Positions 60,637-64,000 of a stretch of DNA of 64,000 nucleotides are shown here, piece after piece. The notes below the pieces were generated by a model. The model was not told the origin of the DNA. It did not search any database and worked only from the letters and a program-made list of their open reading frames with translations. Positions within the stretch are counted from its first letter, which is position 1. Each line of letters begins with the position of its first letter. Location: assembly GCA_963933835.1 (NCBI GenBank), contig CAWVVV010000002.1, forward strand, positions 128,001 to 192,000, given 5' to 3'. A program made the position numbers and the translations under genes. Origin of the DNA: an uncultured Puniceicoccaceae bacterium. GTDB taxonomy: Bacteria; Verrucomicrobiota; Verrucomicrobiia; Opitutales; Oceanipulchritudinaceae.

Positions 60637-62165
60637 TCGTCGCTCACCTTTCGCACTTCGAGGTTAAATTGGCCACGCCCAACGACTTCAATCTCATCCG
60701 CTTTACTGAGCGTGCCCATATCGGTGCGGGCTTGGTAGCGCTGCCCATCGATTTCCACTTCCCCGACGGGGTGAAGCGGACGAGTGACAAAGCCACAGGT
60801 GCCGATTGCTGGGACTTTTCTTATGCCTTCGACGCCTACGGCAGCGGCTCCGCCTCCGGTATTTGCCACGGCAGTGCCTAGAACGAGGCGATCCATCAGT
60901 CCAGTTTTCGGAAGGAACTTCATCAGCACAATCATACCAACAACACTGAGAATCAGGCTCAAGGAAAGGCTAGCGGCCGCTGAGATCAAAGAATCCATAT
61001 CGACAGTGATACCGCCGTCGATCGTCGGCCACACATCGGCCAGCGACCAAAGTAAGGATCCAAAAAAGAGAAGCATGCCTGCCGCGAGAAAGACAACCGT
61101 CCCTGGCAAAATAAAGATCTCCACTGCAATGAGAACAAGCCCGAGGATCATGAAGAGAACCACCTCCATCCCTGCTAAGCCCGTGATGTAGTTAGTCGCA
61201 AAAACGAGGCCGATGAGAAGCACGCCACCGATGCCGAAGATTCCAATACCCGGCGTCTTAAACTCAATGAAAAGCCCTATAATACCCAAAGCCATAAGGA
61301 GCGGAGCAATCTTCGTCAGGTAGGTCGCGACTTCTTCGCTCCACGTCACTTCGAGCGAATTGAGCTCGTAGTTGCCCTCGCCAAAACGCTCGTCGAGGAG
61401 CGCCTCAAGGTCCTTTGCGATGCCATTTCCGAAGAGCGGCGTCGGCGGCTCGCCGTAGACCTGCATCGCTTCGCTCGCGGTGAGGTTGAGCATCTCGCCT
61501 TCTTTGCTGATAATCTCACCTTCGACAACGAGCTCAAAATCGCCGTCCATCATCGCCTTGATTACATCGGCTTTGTAAGGGTGCTCCGTCCCAAGGGCGC
61601 GGATCTTTGCCTGCAGGTAGGATTCGATTTTGAGGGCCATGGTTTCGGCGATGTCTTCACCAGAACCGGTGACAACCCCTGCGGAACCAATGATAGCTTT
61701 TGGCGTAAACCAAATCTCTTTGGTGACGGCTGAGAGCAATGCTCCCGCACTGATCGCCTCATTGTTGACGTAAGCGAGGGTAAGGCCGGCTTCATTAAAC
61801 TCATCGAGTGCCTCCATCATCTCCAATAGCGACCCTACGGAACCACCGGGCGTGTCCACGTCGAGGACGAGAACGTCAGCCTTACCTGAGATAGCCAGCT
61901 TCAGCGCACGGCGCAAAATGTATTCATTCGGTCCCGCAATGACATCGTGGATCGGCACCGAAATGACCGTTGGCGGCTCGCCGGTCCAAGGCTCGAAATA
62001 AATGGCCCCATCTGCCAACGAGTCAGCTTCATCGCTCTCCGCCTCCTCCGCTGGTGTCGTCACCTGCTTCAGGAGATCCGTTGCCCGGTCTTGCCCAAAA
62101 AGAGCAAACCCCGCGCTGATCAAGAGCGCGGTGAGTCCCAGTCGAACACCTCGGGGAAATTGCAT
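60633..62165 (-). CDS. Long NfeD family protein (ClpP-class membrane serine protease)
   Basis: DTPGG, AISAGAL, IGSAG, IEFKTPG.G, EIFILPG, C-terminal OB fold. Confidence 0.88.
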   Translation of the reverse strand: MQFPRGVRLGLTALLISAGFALFGQDRATDLLKQVTTPAEEAESDEADSLADGAIYFEPWTGEPPTVISVPIHDVIAGPNEYILRRALKLAISGKADVLVLDVDTPGGSVGSLLEMMEALDEFNEAGLTLAYVNNEAISAGALLSAVTKEIWFTPKAIIGSAGVVTGSGEDIAETMALKIESYLQAKIRALGTEHPYKADVIKAMMDGDFELVVEGEIISKEGEMLNLTASEAMQVYGEPPTPLFGNGIAKDLEALLDERFGEGNYELNSLEVTWSEEVATYLTKIAPLLMALGIIGLFIEFKTPGIGIFGIGGVLLIGLVFATNYITGLAGMEVVLFMILGLVLIAVEIFILPGTVVFLAAGMLLFFGSLLWSLADVWPTIDGGITVDMDSLISAAASLSLSLILSVVGMIVLMKFLPKTGLMDRLVLGTAVANTGGGAAAVGVEGIRKVPAIGTCGFVTRPLHPVGEVEIDGQRYQARTDMGTLSKADEIEVVGRGQFNLEVRKVSDE

Positions 62166-62282
62166 CAACGAACGATGCAAAGTAGATCGCGGAAACGCAA
62201 GGCGCGTGAGAAAGAAGTTATTTTGTGCCCGATGGGCGGAAAGCTTGGCTCGGCTCGCAGATGTGCGAAAGTGCTACCTGAA

Positions 62283-63311
62283 ATGAGCCCTGCCGAACAC
62301 AAAGCCGCCCTACAGGCCCTCGCTATCGCCGATGGTGCGGATGCCTTTGGCGTCTTGGCTTTACCGAGTGAGCTTAGAAATGACTTCTATCGTGAGTGGA
62401 TCGACGGGGGTAACCACGGGACGATGCAGTGGATGGAGCGCGGGATCGAGAAACGCGGTGACCCGCGCGAAGTGCTCCCCGAAGCCCGCTCCGTCATTGT
62501 CCTCGGCTACAACTATTACCAGCCCGAGCCCGAACGCCGGGGCCGCATCGCAAAGTATGCCCTAGGCGGGGACTACCACAAAGCGCTTCTTAAAAAGCTC
62601 AAACGCCTCTGCACTCAGATGCGCGAATGGGGCGGCGAACAAAAGCCTTACGTCGACACCGGCCCAAATCTCGAGAAGCCACTCGCCGCGCTCGCCGGGA
62701 TCGGATGGCAGGCGAAGAACACCCTCGTGATCAACGAGACGAACGGGCAATGGCTCTTCCTTGGCGTCATCCTCACCACCCTTGAGCTCCCCGCTGACGA
62801 ACCCAAAGCCGACCGCTGTGGGAGCTGCACCCAGTGTATTGACATCTGCCCGACCCAAGCGATCACGGCGCCCTACCAACTCGATGCCCGCCGCTGCCTG
62901 AGCTATCTCACAATTGAGCACAAGGGGAGCTTCCCGATGGAGTTTCGCCGCGCCCTCGGCGACCGCCTTTACGGTTGCGACGAGTGCCTCGATGTCTGCC
63001 CGTGGAACCGCTGGGCTCAGCCGACTCGCGAGGCCAAATTCGCACCCCGCCCCTACCCTGATCTGGGCGAGATGCTGACGTGGGAAGAGGACACTTTCCG
63101 AGAAGTCTTCGCTGGCTCGCCTCTGCGCCGGCCTGGCCTCAAAGGCTGGAAGCGCAACGTCTGTGTCGTCCTCGGAAACATCGGCACGACAGAGGATCTG
63201 AAAGACCTTCAAGTGCTCGCCGAAGGTGACAACGCCCTGCTCGCCGAACACGCCACCTGGGCAATCAACGAGATCACCGAGCGCGACAGCAAAAAAGCTG
63301 TCCACGAATAG
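62283..63311 (+). CDS. queG: tRNA epoxyqueuosine reductase
   Basis: G.HG.M.WM, YA.G.DYH, YVDTGP.LE, CGSCTQCIDICPT, DARRCLSYLTIE, GCDECLDVCPWN. Confidence 0.95.
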   Translation: MSPAEHKAALQALAIADGADAFGVLALPSELRNDFYREWIDGGNHGTMQWMERGIEKRGDPREVLPEARSVIVLGYNYYQPEPERRGRIAKYALGGDYHKALLKKLKRLCTQMREWGGEQKPYVDTGPNLEKPLAALAGIGWQAKNTLVINETNGQWLFLGVILTTLELPADEPKADRCGSCTQCIDICPTQAITAPYQLDARRCLSYLTIEHKGSFPMEFRRALGDRLYGCDECLDVCPWNRWAQPTREAKFAPRPYPDLGEMLTWEEDTFREVFAGSPLRRPGLKGWKRNVCVVLGNIGTTEDLKDLQVLAEGDNALLAEHATWAINEITERDSKKAVHE

Positions 63312-63340
63312 TACGAATTTACACGAATCCGTCGTGTAAA
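63302..63340. repeat. Triple ACGAAT repeat with a short inverted arm
   Basis: CCACGAAT, GTACGAAT, ACACGAAT spaced 9-10 bp; hairpin TTTACACGA-ATCCG-TCGTGTAAA. Confidence 0.5.
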
Positions 63341-63404
63341 CGGTCGCCTCTATCAATCCCAATTAAACACGCCTCGTATTTTCTAATGCATTAAAGAACC
63401 ACAC

Positions 63405-63486
63405 TGGAGGGACCGGCTCCCGTCGGTCCGCACCGTGACCCAAGGCCTTTTGAACTGCAGCGGACCGACAGGAGCCGGTCCCTCCA
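63405..63486. repeat. REPIN-like element, copy 2
   Basis: TGGAGGGACCGGCTCCCGTCGGTCCGC ... GCGGACCGACAGGAGCCGGTCCCTCCA; arms 26/27 complementary, 28-bp spacer. Confidence 0.88.
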
Positions 63487-63559
63487 ACCTCAATCTCTAA
63501 CCTGATCTCAAGTTCGATAACCCTCCATTCATTCGTGGAAAAACAGAAAAACCGCTCCA

Positions 63560-63856
63560 ATGCCCAACCCGCCTAGCCATGACAATGACGAGCCGATAGA
63601 GCTCCCGATCGACGGCACCCTCGATCTGCACAGCTTTCGCCCCAAGGACGTCAAAGAGGTGCTCGATGCCTACTTCGACGCCTGTCTCGAAAAGGGCATC
63701 TATCAAGTCCGCGTCGTTCACGGCAAAGGCATCGGCGTCCTCCGTCGCACCGTCGAAGCCGCGCTTAAAAATGACCCCCGCGTTGCCAGCTACGGCCCCG
63801 GTGGATTCACCGGCGGTAGCTGGGGCGCGACGGTGGTGGAACTCAATGACCGGTAG
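63560..63856 (+). CDS. Stand-alone Smr/MutS2-C domain protein
   Basis: LDLH.F.P, VRVVHGKGIG.L, GATVV.L. Confidence 0.92.
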   Translation: MPNPPSHDNDEPIELPIDGTLDLHSFRPKDVKEVLDAYFDACLEKGIYQVRVVHGKGIGVLRRTVEAALKNDPRVASYGPGGFTGGSWGATVVELNDR

Positions 63857-63921
63857 ACCAAAGAAAGAGGCCAATTTAAATTCGCTCTATATCCAAATCA
63901 CCCTAAAGTTGCACATCACGA

Positions 63922-64000
63922 ATGGCACTACGACACCAAGCAAAAAGCAATTTCGAAGAAATTGAAAAACTTCGGCTGAATTACCGAGAAAAATACAACC
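63922..64000 (+). CDS. Possible start of a hypothetical protein (runs off the window)
   Basis: ATG-initiated frame MALRHQAKSNFEEIEKLRLNYREKYN is open to the edge; too short to assign. Confidence 0.3.
   Translation, partial: MALRHQAKSNFEEIEKLRLNYREKYN

Overview
Mostly core bacterial chromosome. The gene style (SD-poor short leaders, secreted proteins with D-x-D-x-D-G / EY-x-AGTDP modules, a GxxExxY cassette, NfeD-NfeD-FloA operon) suggests Verrucomicrobiota, probably Opitutales; this is inference. Housekeeping genes: trpS (partial), sixA, tRNA-Pro(UGG), thiE, grpE-dnaJ-purN-prmA, ftsK, an RND efflux pair, carB, pyrF, miaB, gmk, SMUG1, phoD, MATE, glycerate kinase, namZ, Fpg/Nei, holA, rodZ, bcp, uvrC, cinA, a split metH, floA, queG and Smr. 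I see no CRISPR array, integrase, transposase or prophage. Main leads: (1) an SDR lacking its catalytic residues, fused to a ~280-aa Arg/acidic/Lys-Ala disordered tail and preceded by a structured leader; (2) a secreted metallothionein-like Cys-rich repeat protein with in-frame TGA codons; (3) two convergent candidate sRNA genes flanking a REPIN-like 82-bp element that recurs ~48 kb away; (4) a GxxExxY gene bracketed by inverted repeats, plus empty short-repeat hairpins; (5) about ten gene-breaking lesions, all in accessory genes, suggesting real decay; (6) UvrC and Fpg/Nei homologues that have lost their metal-binding cysteines. Family calls come from recalled motifs, not database searches.
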